Shown in pieces: positions 10,102 through 18,497 of a stretch of DNA of 64,000 nucleotides. A program made the position numbers and the translations under genes. How positions within the stretch are numbered: position 1 is the stretch's first letter; each line of letters opens with the position of its first letter. The DNA comes from an uncultured Coxiellaceae bacterium. GTDB taxonomy: Bacteria; Pseudomonadota; Gammaproteobacteria; DSM-16500. The notes beneath the pieces are model-generated. The model saw only the letters and a program-made list of their open reading frames with translations, ran no database searches and had not been told where the DNA came from. The stretch is taken from contig CAZQXH010000007.1 of assembly GCA_964597435.1 (NCBI GenBank), forward strand, positions 1-64,000, written 5' to 3'.

Positions 10102-11509
10102 ATTAAGGCGTGAATTAAGCGTTAGCATCCTCAGCATGATTGCCATTGGTGGCTCAATTGGCACCGGTGTTTTTTTAGCAAGTGGGCATGCACTTTACAT
10201 TGCAGGTCCCGGCGGCACGTTGCTGGTTTATACATTGACCGGCATCATGGCGTTTTTCTTGATGATGAGTTTAGGCGAAATGGCAGCGTTCATGCCGGTC
10301 AGCGGTTCGTTTGCGGCTTACGCCACGCGCTTTGTTGACCCTGCCTTTGGGTATGCGCTTGCTTGGAATTATTGGTATAGCTGGGCGATTACGGTAGCCG
10401 CTGAAATGGCAGCCGCAGCGCTAATCATGCAATATTGGTTTCCAGACAGCGCAGGCTTATTATGGTCAGCCCTATTTTTATCAGGGATCGTCCTTTGCAA
10501 CGCGCTCTCAACGCATGCGTTTGGTGTCGCTGAATATTGGTTTTCAGTGTTAAAAGTCGCCGTCATTTTAATTTTCATAGCCATTGGTTTTGCCATCGTG
10601 TTTGGTTTCACCTCTCATCCCACGATTGGTTTTAGGCATTGGCGAGAAGGTGATGCACCTTTCCACGGAGGAATAGCGACCCTTTTTCCCGCCTTTTTAA
10701 TTGCTGGTTTTTCTTTCCAAGGCACCGAATTAATTGGCATTGCAGCCGCAGAAAGCGCTAACCCCCATCGCGATGTACCGAAGGCTGTGCAGCAAATTTT
10801 TTGGCGTATTTTATTATTTTTTGTTTTGTCAGTCTTAGTAATTAGTTTAATGATTTCGCACACGGCCGAGCAATTGGCCGGCGAATCGGTTTTATTAAGC
10901 CCGTTCACACTGGCTTTTAAGCAAGTGGGCATTTCATTTGCCGCGAACTTAATGAATACCGTCGTATTAATCGCCATTTTATCCACCGGAAATTCCGGAT
11001 TATATGGTGCAACACGCATGTTATGGCATCTAGCCGAACAGGGCCATCTTCCTCCGTCGTTTGCGAAATTAAGTAAACGCGGCGTACCACTTGCGGCACT
11101 GGGTTTAACTAGCGTAGTCGCCATTTTTGCTTACCTGACTTCGTTTTACAGTAAGGGCAGCCTGTATCTCCTACTACTGAATGCAGCCGCTATTACCGGC
11201 TTTATCGCTTGGATGGGCATTGGTGTTTGCCACTATCGCTTCCGGAAAGCCTATGTGGCACAAGGCAGAGATTTATCCGCATTACCGTTTTTAGCGAAAG
11301 GGTTTCCTTTTAGTACCATTCTGGTCATTGGGTTATGCGCACTTGTCATTGCGGGTCAAAATTATCAAGCCTTTTTAGGGCAAACCATTAATTGGTACGA
11401 TGTTGTTCTGACTTATGCGGGAGTACCGGTTTTCTTTGCTATTTGGTTTGTTTATAAATATGCTAAAAAAACGCGATGGGTGAAGTTACACGAGGCATCG
11501 TTTGAGTAA
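10094..11509 (+). CDS. Amino acid permease (APC/AAT family). It overlaps the Rieske gene by 8 nt.
   Basis: Twelve TM helices and the GIGGSIGTGVFLASG-type N-terminal consensus (IAIGGSIGTGVFLASG). Confidence 0.75.
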   Translation: MPKLRRELSVSILSMIAIGGSIGTGVFLASGHALYIAGPGGTLLVYTLTGIMAFFLMMSLGEMAAFMPVSGSFAAYATRFVDPAFGYALAWNYWYSWAITVAAEMAAAALIMQYWFPDSAGLLWSALFLSGIVLCNALSTHAFGVAEYWFSVLKVAVILIFIAIGFAIVFGFTSHPTIGFRHWREGDAPFHGGIATLFPAFLIAGFSFQGTELIGIAAAESANPHRDVPKAVQQIFWRILLFFVLSVLVISLMISHTAEQLAGESVLLSPFTLAFKQVGISFAANLMNTVVLIAILSTGNSGLYGATRMLWHLAEQGHLPPSFAKLSKRGVPLAALGLTSVVAIFAYLTSFYSKGSLYLLLLNAAAITGFIAWMGIGVCHYRFRKAYVAQGRDLSALPFLAKGFPFSTILVIGLCALVIAGQNYQAFLGQTINWYDVVLTYAGVPVFFAIWFVYKYAKKTRWVKLHEASFE

Positions 11510-11523
11510 CCGCATACTAGTCA

Positions 11524-12849
11524 TCACTCCGCTTCCTGGGCCTCTTTCTTTGTTTTTGGATAAATCGCCACCTGCATAATCCGATGCCCTTGCATTTCCT
11601 TAATCACCGCATCAAATTGTTTAAACGCAATTTTTTCACCCACCACCGGCAAGCGCCCTAACTCTGTTAGAATCAAGCCAAATAAGGTATCAATCGAATC
11701 ATCATCTTCACTCCATTCCAACTCAATATCCAATGCGCGTTCTAATACATAGAGCGAACAATTACCGCTCACCAAATAAGCCCCATCGACCGCCCGCTTC
11801 CATAATTCTTCCGTTTTATGAAATTCATCCCGTACCCGGCCAACCAACACTTGAAATAAATTATCCATGGTTATAAATCCAACCACCGTTTCACGGCCGC
11901 TATAAACTAAGGCAAAGTGCGGAATGCCGCCTTGTAATTTGTTTAGCAAACGCAGGGCTGATAATTGATGAGAAATTTTTAAAACCGGGCGCATGATCAT
12001 CCGTAATTTTTCTTCACCGCGCTGATTATGTAACGCGGCTAAAATATCTTTCACATGCACAATACCAATGATGTTGTTTGGATTTTCTAAATACACGGGA
12101 TAACGACTATATTGATATTCTGACACTTCTTTTAAACAGCCATTAATCGTTTCATCCGTATTTAAAATAATCATCTCATCCAAGGGGCGCATTAAATCTG
12201 CGACCGTCAAATCCGCAAAATCGAGGGTGTGTTTTAGAATTTCTAATTCTTGTTTATTCAGTTTGGTGTGCACGTGGGTGCTTGAAAAAATCACACGTAA
12301 TTCTTCCGCGGTGTAAGCATAATCTCCTTTATTCGCTTTATGCAATTTAGCGCTTTTTAAAATCGCATTCGTGCAGTAATTCAAGCACCAAATTAAAGGA
12401 AACATAAGCCAATAAAATAAATATAACGGAACAGCAGTCCAGACAGACACTTTTTCAGATTGTCGAATAGCGAGGGATTTTGGGAGCAATTCACCGATAA
12501 CAATATGTAAAAAAGATAAAATAGTAAAAGCAATGATAAACGCTAATAAAGCTGTCATTTCCGGTGAAAGATGCTCGCCTAATACGGGTCGTAATAATTG
12601 TGCCAAGGCAGGTTCACCGACCCAACCCAAACCGAGTGACGCTAACGTAATGCCCAATTGACAGGCTGATAAATATGCATCTAAATGCTTATGCACCTCA
12701 GCTAAAATTTTACCGCGAAAACCATAGGTGTTTTTGATGGTGGCGAGTTTTGTGTGGCGCAATTTCACCATGCCAAACTCAGCAGCCACAAAAAAAGCAT
12801 TCACTAAAACGAGTAAGAAACCGATGAATAAAAATACCCAGTGCAACAT
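11524..12849 (-). CDS. CNNM / HlyC-CorC family transporter (DUF21 TM domain, CBS pair, CorC_HlyC C-terminal domain).
   Basis: Domain order and size (441 aa) are typical of TlyC/CorC proteins. Confidence 0.75.
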   Translation of the reverse strand: MLHWVFLFIGFLLVLVNAFFVAAEFGMVKLRHTKLATIKNTYGFRGKILAEVHKHLDAYLSACQLGITLASLGLGWVGEPALAQLLRPVLGEHLSPEMTALLAFIIAFTILSFLHIVIGELLPKSLAIRQSEKVSVWTAVPLYLFYWLMFPLIWCLNYCTNAILKSAKLHKANKGDYAYTAEELRVIFSSTHVHTKLNKQELEILKHTLDFADLTVADLMRPLDEMIILNTDETINGCLKEVSEYQYSRYPVYLENPNNIIGIVHVKDILAALHNQRGEEKLRMIMRPVLKISHQLSALRLLNKLQGGIPHFALVYSGRETVVGFITMDNLFQVLVGRVRDEFHKTEELWKRAVDGAYLVSGNCSLYVLERALDIELEWSEDDDSIDTLFGLILTELGRLPVVGEKIAFKQFDAVIKEMQGHRIMQVAIYPKTKKEAQEAE

Positions 12850-12884
12850 AAATCATCCTTGAAAACGACTGGAATCAGTATAAC

Positions 12885-13865
12885 ATGCTTCCCATACCGG
12901 CACTAAAAAAATCAGGATTGGCTATGTCTCAACTCATCCCTTTAAGACACGATCTGACCATCGTTTCAAACGACTACATCACTGCCGCCACCAGCCATAA
13001 CACCCGCAAAGCGTATCGCAGTGACATTGCACATTATGAAACCTGGGGTGGAAAGTTACCGGCAACACCCGAATATTTATTAGCTTATTTACATGCTTTT
13101 GCTCCAACACTGAATTCCCGCACACTGAACCGGCGTTTAATTGCCCTGAAGCAATGGCATGTGTATCAACAATTCCCTGATCCAACCGAGCATCCCAGTG
13201 TAAAGAAAACCATGGTCGGCATTTTACGCCTCCATGGCAAACCCAAAGCCAAAGCACGCCCCATCACGCCAGATGAATTGATACTGATTGCTCAAACCTT
13301 GAGCCAACAAGCAACACTTGCTGCCGCGCGGGACAATGCTTTACTTCAAATCGGATTTTTAGGCGGATTACGGCGCAGTGAATTAATTGCCATCCGCCAT
13401 GAACATTTACGCTTTGAACCGGCGGGATTGGAAATTTTATTACCCACCTCGAAAACAGACCAACTCAATGCGGGACAATATTGCGCTATTCCACATGGAA
13501 ACAGCAAACTTTGCGCAATTACCGCATTAAAGTATTGGCTGCAAGTCAGTCAAATTACCATGGGGCCCCTTTTTCGTCGCATTGTGGGTCAAGCGCAATT
13601 GGGCCTAGCACCGCTTTCGCCCTTATCCATTAATCATATTTTAAAAAAACGTGCGCAAGAGGCACAAATTACCGATCCCATGACCTTTAGCAGCCATAGT
13701 TTACGCCGCGGGTTAGCCACTTGCGCCGCCCGTGCCGGTTCGCCGCTACAAGCCATCATGCGGGCAGGCCGCTGGAAACAAACCAATACCGTTTTGGAAT
13801 ATATTGAAGCGAGTGATCGTTTCAGCGACAATGCAGCGCAGCGGATCTTGCAGGGGCTTGAATAG
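12885..13865 (+). CDS. Tyrosine site-specific recombinase (phage-integrase family, Xer-sized).
   Basis: Catalytic residues in order: R (GGLRRSEL), K, H-x-x-R (HSLRRGLAT), R (RAGRW), Y (VLEYI). There is an N-terminal core-binding SAM-like domain. Confidence 0.75.
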   Translation: MLPIPALKKSGLAMSQLIPLRHDLTIVSNDYITAATSHNTRKAYRSDIAHYETWGGKLPATPEYLLAYLHAFAPTLNSRTLNRRLIALKQWHVYQQFPDPTEHPSVKKTMVGILRLHGKPKAKARPITPDELILIAQTLSQQATLAAARDNALLQIGFLGGLRRSELIAIRHEHLRFEPAGLEILLPTSKTDQLNAGQYCAIPHGNSKLCAITALKYWLQVSQITMGPLFRRIVGQAQLGLAPLSPLSINHILKKRAQEAQITDPMTFSSHSLRRGLATCAARAGSPLQAIMRAGRWKQTNTVLEYIEASDRFSDNAAQRILQGLE

Positions 13866-13876
13866 GAGAGTCAGCC

Positions 13877-14425
13877 ATGGCGAACACGCGCCACACATCA
13901 CTGTTTAACAAGGAAGCTTCATTTCAAGAGAATCGCTGGGCATTATCCCTCATTATCAGCGATCGCCATCAATTTGTTTGCCCAGAAGAAAAAACACCGA
14001 ATATTTCATTCGTCATTGAAGGCGTTAAAAATACGGGAACTCGTTTTGCTTTCGTTTGTTATTTTACGTTTAAACAAGATACCTTATTCATTCATGGCAG
14101 CGAAGAACGTCGCGATCATCAGCGTAGAAAATTCAGCGAAAAACTGGCCGTTTTAACGTTTGATATTTTTGCGAAAGATGGCCAAAATGTCATGAATGTT
14201 GTTAACGCATTAAAATTTGAAGATAACCCAGAATGGCAATTAAAAAGCGGTAATCTTTTTGCTTCCCACAAAAACTTGCCGGCAGAAATGCTAAATACGT
14301 TTGCTTACCAGGCTTACAAAGACTTACTGAGATCCACCATTTTAGAAAAATTACCTGAATCATACTCCGCATTGAAAACAAAAATACAAAATCCACGCCT
14401 TATCTCACCCACCACTACTCCGTAA
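13877..14425 (+). CDS. Hypothetical protein (182 aa).
   Basis: ORF only. It lies immediately downstream of the recombinase. Confidence 0.4.
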   Translation: MANTRHTSLFNKEASFQENRWALSLIISDRHQFVCPEEKTPNISFVIEGVKNTGTRFAFVCYFTFKQDTLFIHGSEERRDHQRRKFSEKLAVLTFDIFAKDGQNVMNVVNALKFEDNPEWQLKSGNLFASHKNLPAEMLNTFAYQAYKDLLRSTILEKLPESYSALKTKIQNPRLISPTTTP

Positions 14426-14433
14426 GGAAGATT

Positions 14434-14997
14434 ATGAAAAAAAGAAAGCAGCGCAATCATTATGATTTAGTGTTAGATGCGTCTTACGATGTTGATCGTG
14501 AGACGGTCAAGTTATCAGCCCCTAGCTCCTATTGTGAAATAGAACCTGAAGTGGAAGAAGATGAATTAGATGCGGCTTACGATGTTGATCGTGATCCGGT
14601 CAAGTTGTCAGATCCTCGTTCCTATTGTGAAATAGAACTTGAGTTGGAAGAAGATGAGTATGAAGATGAACTGGAATGCACCGAACCAGAACAAGATGAA
14701 TCTGTCTACGCACACGATGTGGAAACAGCGTGTGACGAAACATCGACAGGCTTAGCATCGAGTCAAGGGGAGCGCCCAGAAGATGAGTCTGGCAAAAATT
14801 CTTATACTTCGACTCACGGTTCAGATGAAGAGGCTGAAATTCAAAACCCGGCTTTCTTGCTGCTGAGTTTAAAAGACAATCGTGAAGAGAAATTTTTTCG
14901 TGATAAGAATAGGCATGTTTTTTTTGCAGAAAAGAAAGACAGCGAAAATGTGACCTCAAAAGATCAGCAATATAAAGCACGAAGCAAAGGACTTTAA
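14434..14997 (+). CDS. Highly acidic protein with a 2 x 31-aa tandem repeat (AYDVDRxxVKLSxPxSYCEIExExEEDE).
   Basis: ORF plus a 93-nt DNA tandem duplication; the RBS AAGGAAG precedes the ATG. Confidence 0.45.
   Translation: MKKRKQRNHYDLVLDASYDVDRETVKLSAPSSYCEIEPEVEEDELDAAYDVDRDPVKLSDPRSYCEIELELEEDEYEDELECTEPEQDESVYAHDVETACDETSTGLASSQGERPEDESGKNSYTSTHGSDEEAEIQNPAFLLLSLKDNREEKFFRDKNRHVFFAEKKDSENVTSKDQQYKARSKGL
14479..14664 (+). repeat. Two tandem 93-nt direct repeats (about 90% identical) inside the acidic-protein CDS.
   Basis: gcgtcttacgatgttgatcgtgagacggtcaag... compared with gcggcttacgatgttgatcgtgatccggtcaag... The period is 93 nt. Confidence 0.8.
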
Positions 14998-15009
14998 TCC
15001 TTCCTGCTC

Positions 15010-15035
15010 CCCACTCCCCAACAAAGGAGAGTGGG
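15010..15035. terminator. GC-rich hairpin (CCCACTC...GAGTGGG) followed by a T-rich tract, downstream of 14434..14997.
   Basis: Inverted repeat read from the sequence. Confidence 0.4.
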
Positions 15036-15074
15036 TGTACCATTTTAATTAACCAAAAAAAAGAGAACCCACCC

Positions 15075-16502
15075 ATGGCAGATTGCCGATTATTTTCAGA
15101 TACCGCCCTAACCGAATTGATCACCGAATTCGGCGCCCCGCAATTAGAACCCGCATTACGTCAACTTAAAAACCCAAACCATGTTTTAGAAAAAATGCGG
15201 TTAACTCGGCCGCTTGCCAAAAGTGACAAACCAAACGTACTGCCGCCGTTAGCGCATGGCAATTTAAATTATTTACCGGTGTTTTTCTGCTTTGATAATA
15301 ATTGGCCTGCTTTTTTTAAAGCCTGTCAGGAAGATAACGATCTGGCGTTTCAATATCTACCCCTAGCCATTGCGAGCCACAGCGATCAAATCGTCGCCAA
15401 ATTATTGCCGACGGCACGGGAACCACTCGGATCATGCGGTAACGAATCCTTTTCCTTCATTAAATATTTGCTAGCCGCAGTAATATCATTGCCCCCCCGT
15501 GAAACCACTAAAGACTGGTTTCCTTTAATCCTCGCTTATTCCTTGTTAAACACGCCCAAGGATAATCGTGATGAATTTGACAGTTTAATCGGAATGTATA
15601 GCGTTAAATATAATAATCAGACCGCTTTCAATTTGTATAATTATCAATTAAAAGAAGGAGGCATTCTTCCTTCATTAAGTGTCGTTGAAAAAATGTATGT
15701 TGCAGCGGCTGCATCGGGAAATTTAACACTAATTCATTCTATACAGCATTTATTACGAGCAAGCTTTCAGTCAACGCAAAAAATAATGGCGAAGCAGCAG
15801 CTTAGGTTTAATGACGATCTCTTACTGCAAATTATGCCCCTTTTGTATCAGCAAGCTTTCTTAGCCGCCTATCAAGCTAATCAACCGAATTGCATGAACT
15901 ATTTTGCCACTCTGGAACCCATTATCTTAACTCCAAATTTATTATCAGAGTTGATTAAAATTGGCCAAGCGCCCGCATTGCAGTTTTGCTGCAACAATCT
16001 TCGTACTATTTTTAAAAATGATGCGCAAGCTGTCTTTAGTCAAATATCGATTGCAGAAATTCGATTAGCCGCTGCTAAATCACTGTCGATGTTAGAAATG
16101 GTGCGGGGCTTAACCGTCAGCGCTATAAAATTGGATCAAGCTTGTCTTGAGAATGCCGGCTTGACGGGTCAAATAGCGTGTGTGAATTATGTGCTAGCCG
16201 AACTTAAGGATAAAGCCGTTTTATCGCCGACGTTATTACGCAACGCGAGCCTATCAGGTAATCCGCGTTTAGTGGAACATATTTTACGGTTGGCAAAAGA
16301 AAAAGAAGTGGCGCTTAAAATTGAAGATATAGTTCATTTTACTGAAGAAAGCGCACAGCTTTATTTCTCGAATACAGCGGAAATGGTGCATTTCTTGAAA
16401 GAGCATGTTGAAAAGCATTGCCTGTTAAGGACAGAGGCAGCGGTGATTTTAAGATGCGAGTTGGGAATGGATAATCCGAAATTGCGTGTTTCTAGCCCGT
16501 AA
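15075..16502 (+). CDS. Hypothetical protein (475 aa).
   Basis: Long ORF with no recognisable domain. Confidence 0.45.
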   Translation: MADCRLFSDTALTELITEFGAPQLEPALRQLKNPNHVLEKMRLTRPLAKSDKPNVLPPLAHGNLNYLPVFFCFDNNWPAFFKACQEDNDLAFQYLPLAIASHSDQIVAKLLPTAREPLGSCGNESFSFIKYLLAAVISLPPRETTKDWFPLILAYSLLNTPKDNRDEFDSLIGMYSVKYNNQTAFNLYNYQLKEGGILPSLSVVEKMYVAAAASGNLTLIHSIQHLLRASFQSTQKIMAKQQLRFNDDLLLQIMPLLYQQAFLAAYQANQPNCMNYFATLEPIILTPNLLSELIKIGQAPALQFCCNNLRTIFKNDAQAVFSQISIAEIRLAAAKSLSMLEMVRGLTVSAIKLDQACLENAGLTGQIACVNYVLAELKDKAVLSPTLLRNASLSGNPRLVEHILRLAKEKEVALKIEDIVHFTEESAQLYFSNTAEMVHFLKEHVEKHCLLRTEAAVILRCELGMDNPKLRVSSP

Positions 16503-16553
16503 AAAATTAGAGTCTCCCTCTCCCGCAAGGCGGGAGAAGGAGACTACGTTTTT
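16501..16553. terminator. Bidirectional rho-independent terminator between the convergent genes 15075..16502 and ettA.
   Basis: Stem AGTCTCCCTCTCCCG (16511-16525), loop caagg, stem CGGGAGAAGGAGACT (16531-16545); 14 of 15 positions pair. An A6 tract lies upstream and a T5 tract downstream. Confidence 0.65.
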
Positions 16554-18225
16554 ATGCCTGAAGCTTTTTATACCGCACTCGATGAGGTTGCTTTGCTTCT
16601 TCACCCAAACGACGCTTGCGATCTTCTTCATACTCTGTGTAATTACCCGAGAAGAACGTCACGGTACTATCGCCTTCAAACGCTAAAATATGCGTTGCGA
16701 TACGATCTAAGAACCAGCGATCATGTGAAATAACCAATGCTGAACCCGGGAAGCTCAATAACGCTTCTTCCAAGGCACGTAAGGTTTCAACGTCTAAATC
16801 GTTAGTGGGTTCGTCAAGCAATAACACGTTACCACCACTGCTTAACAACTTTGCCAAATGCACACGATTACGCTCACCGCCTGATAAATCTTTAATGAAC
16901 TTTTGTTGATCAGTCCCTTTAAAGTTAAATTTACCGACATAAGAACGGCTCGGCATTTGGAAGGCGCCAATGGTCATGACATCCAAGCCTTCGGAAACTT
17001 CTTCCCATACGGTTTTAGTAGCACTTAAGCTATCTCGGCTTTGATCGACATAAGCGAGCTTCACGGTATCGCCAATGCGAATATTACCCGCATCTGGCTG
17101 CTCGGCACCCATCACCATTTTAAAGAAAGTAGATTTACCTGCACCGTTTGGCCCAATAATCCCCACAATCGCACCGGCGGGAATGTTGCAAGTTAAGTCT
17201 TCAAATAAGACGCGATCGCCAAAGCTTTTGCTGATGCCTTTTGCATCAATCACGACATCACCCAAACGTGGACCGGGTGGAATATAAAGTTCTTGGGTTT
17301 CACAGCGTTTTTGAGTGTCTTGCGCATTTAACTCTTCAAAGCGGGCAATACGCGCCTTGCTCTTCGCTTGACGTGCTTTAGGATTCGAACGCACCCATTC
17401 CAATTCAGCCTTTAAGGTTTTTTGATGCGATTCTTGTTGGCGCTCTTCTTGTGCTAAGCGCTTTTCTTTTTGCTCAAGCCAAGATGAATAATTACCTTCA
17501 TAAGGAATCCCTTGACCACGGTCTAATTCCAAAATCCAGCTTGCCGCATTGTCTAAAAAGTAACGATCGTGGGTAACGGCCACGACGGTGCCGGGGAAAT
17601 CGTGCAAAAAGTTTTCAAGCCAAGCGACACTTTCCGCATCTAAGTGGTTGGTTGGTTCATCCAGCAAGAGCATATCGGGTTTAGATAACAACAAACGGCA
17701 CAATGCCACACGACGTCTTTCACCACCGGATAATTTGGTGACATCAGCATCCCAAGGGGGTAAACGCAGCGCATCAGCGGCGATGTCTAATTTGCGCTCA
17801 ATTTCCCACAAGCCGCGCGCATCGATTTCATTCTGCAAATCTCCCTGTTCTTCCAACAACTTAGTCATTTCATCTTCAGTCATGGGTTCTGCAAAGCGCA
17901 TGCTGATTTCATTGTAGCGATTCACCAAGGCGATATCATCACCAATGCCCTCTTCCACATTGCCGCGCACGTCTTTATTGGGATCTAATTGCGGCTCTTG
18001 TGGTAAATATCCGACCTTAGTGCCCGGATGTGGCCGTGCTTCGCCGTTAAAATCTTTATCAACACCTGCCATAATTTTTAGCAAACTGGATTTACCCGAA
18101 CCATTTAAACCCAAGACGCCAATTTTCGCGCCAGGATAAAATGATAGCCAAATATTTTTCAAAATCTCGCGTTTGGGTGGAACAATTTTGCCAACGCCTT
18201 GCATGGTGTAAATATAGTGCGCCAT
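16552..18225 (-). CDS. ettA: ABC-F ATPase, energy-dependent translational throttle protein EttA (YjjK).
   Basis: Two ABC cassettes with Walker A/B and LSGGE signatures. Size is 557 aa and there are no TM segments. Confidence 0.85.
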   Translation of the reverse strand: MAHYIYTMQGVGKIVPPKREILKNIWLSFYPGAKIGVLGLNGSGKSSLLKIMAGVDKDFNGEARPHPGTKVGYLPQEPQLDPNKDVRGNVEEGIGDDIALVNRYNEISMRFAEPMTEDEMTKLLEEQGDLQNEIDARGLWEIERKLDIAADALRLPPWDADVTKLSGGERRRVALCRLLLSKPDMLLLDEPTNHLDAESVAWLENFLHDFPGTVVAVTHDRYFLDNAASWILELDRGQGIPYEGNYSSWLEQKEKRLAQEERQQESHQKTLKAELEWVRSNPKARQAKSKARIARFEELNAQDTQKRCETQELYIPPGPRLGDVVIDAKGISKSFGDRVLFEDLTCNIPAGAIVGIIGPNGAGKSTFFKMVMGAEQPDAGNIRIGDTVKLAYVDQSRDSLSATKTVWEEVSEGLDVMTIGAFQMPSRSYVGKFNFKGTDQQKFIKDLSGGERNRVHLAKLLSSGGNVLLLDEPTNDLDVETLRALEEALLSFPGSALVISHDRWFLDRIATHILAFEGDSTVTFFSGNYTEYEEDRKRRLGEEAKQPHRVRYKKLQA

Positions 18226-18382
18226 GAATAAAGAACCCTGAGAATAAAATACGAAGGGGGCATTATCACGAAAAATGGTAGGTTAAACAACTTTTGCTTG
18301 ATGGAGTTAGAGATGAGGGTGAACTTAAGCCAACCGCTTATCCCCTACCTTTCCCTCATTACTGGTAGAGAAGCGCTTTTTT

Positions 18383-18402
18383 AAATGACAATTTTGTCAT
18401 TT
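18383..18402. promoter_or_regulatory. Perfect palindrome AAATGACAAttTTGTCATTT in the ettA / SPFH-protein divergent intergenic region. Candidate operator.
   Basis: A 9+9 inverted repeat read from the sequence. Its 3' end lies 95 nt upstream of the ATG at 18498. Confidence 0.3.
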
Positions 18403-18497
18403 AACCGTCATCAAAATTTCATGTTCCTGTCAGCTTTCTTTCATGTGCATAAGCTTATATTATCCGTCACAAGATTAACTCAAAGAGGAACACGAGT

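Noticed and set aside
17075-18139. Several 64-109-aa plus-strand ORFs inside ettA
   Set aside because: They are antisense to a strongly supported ABC-F gene and have Pro/Ser-rich low-complexity translations typical of the reverse frames of a GC-richer coding region.
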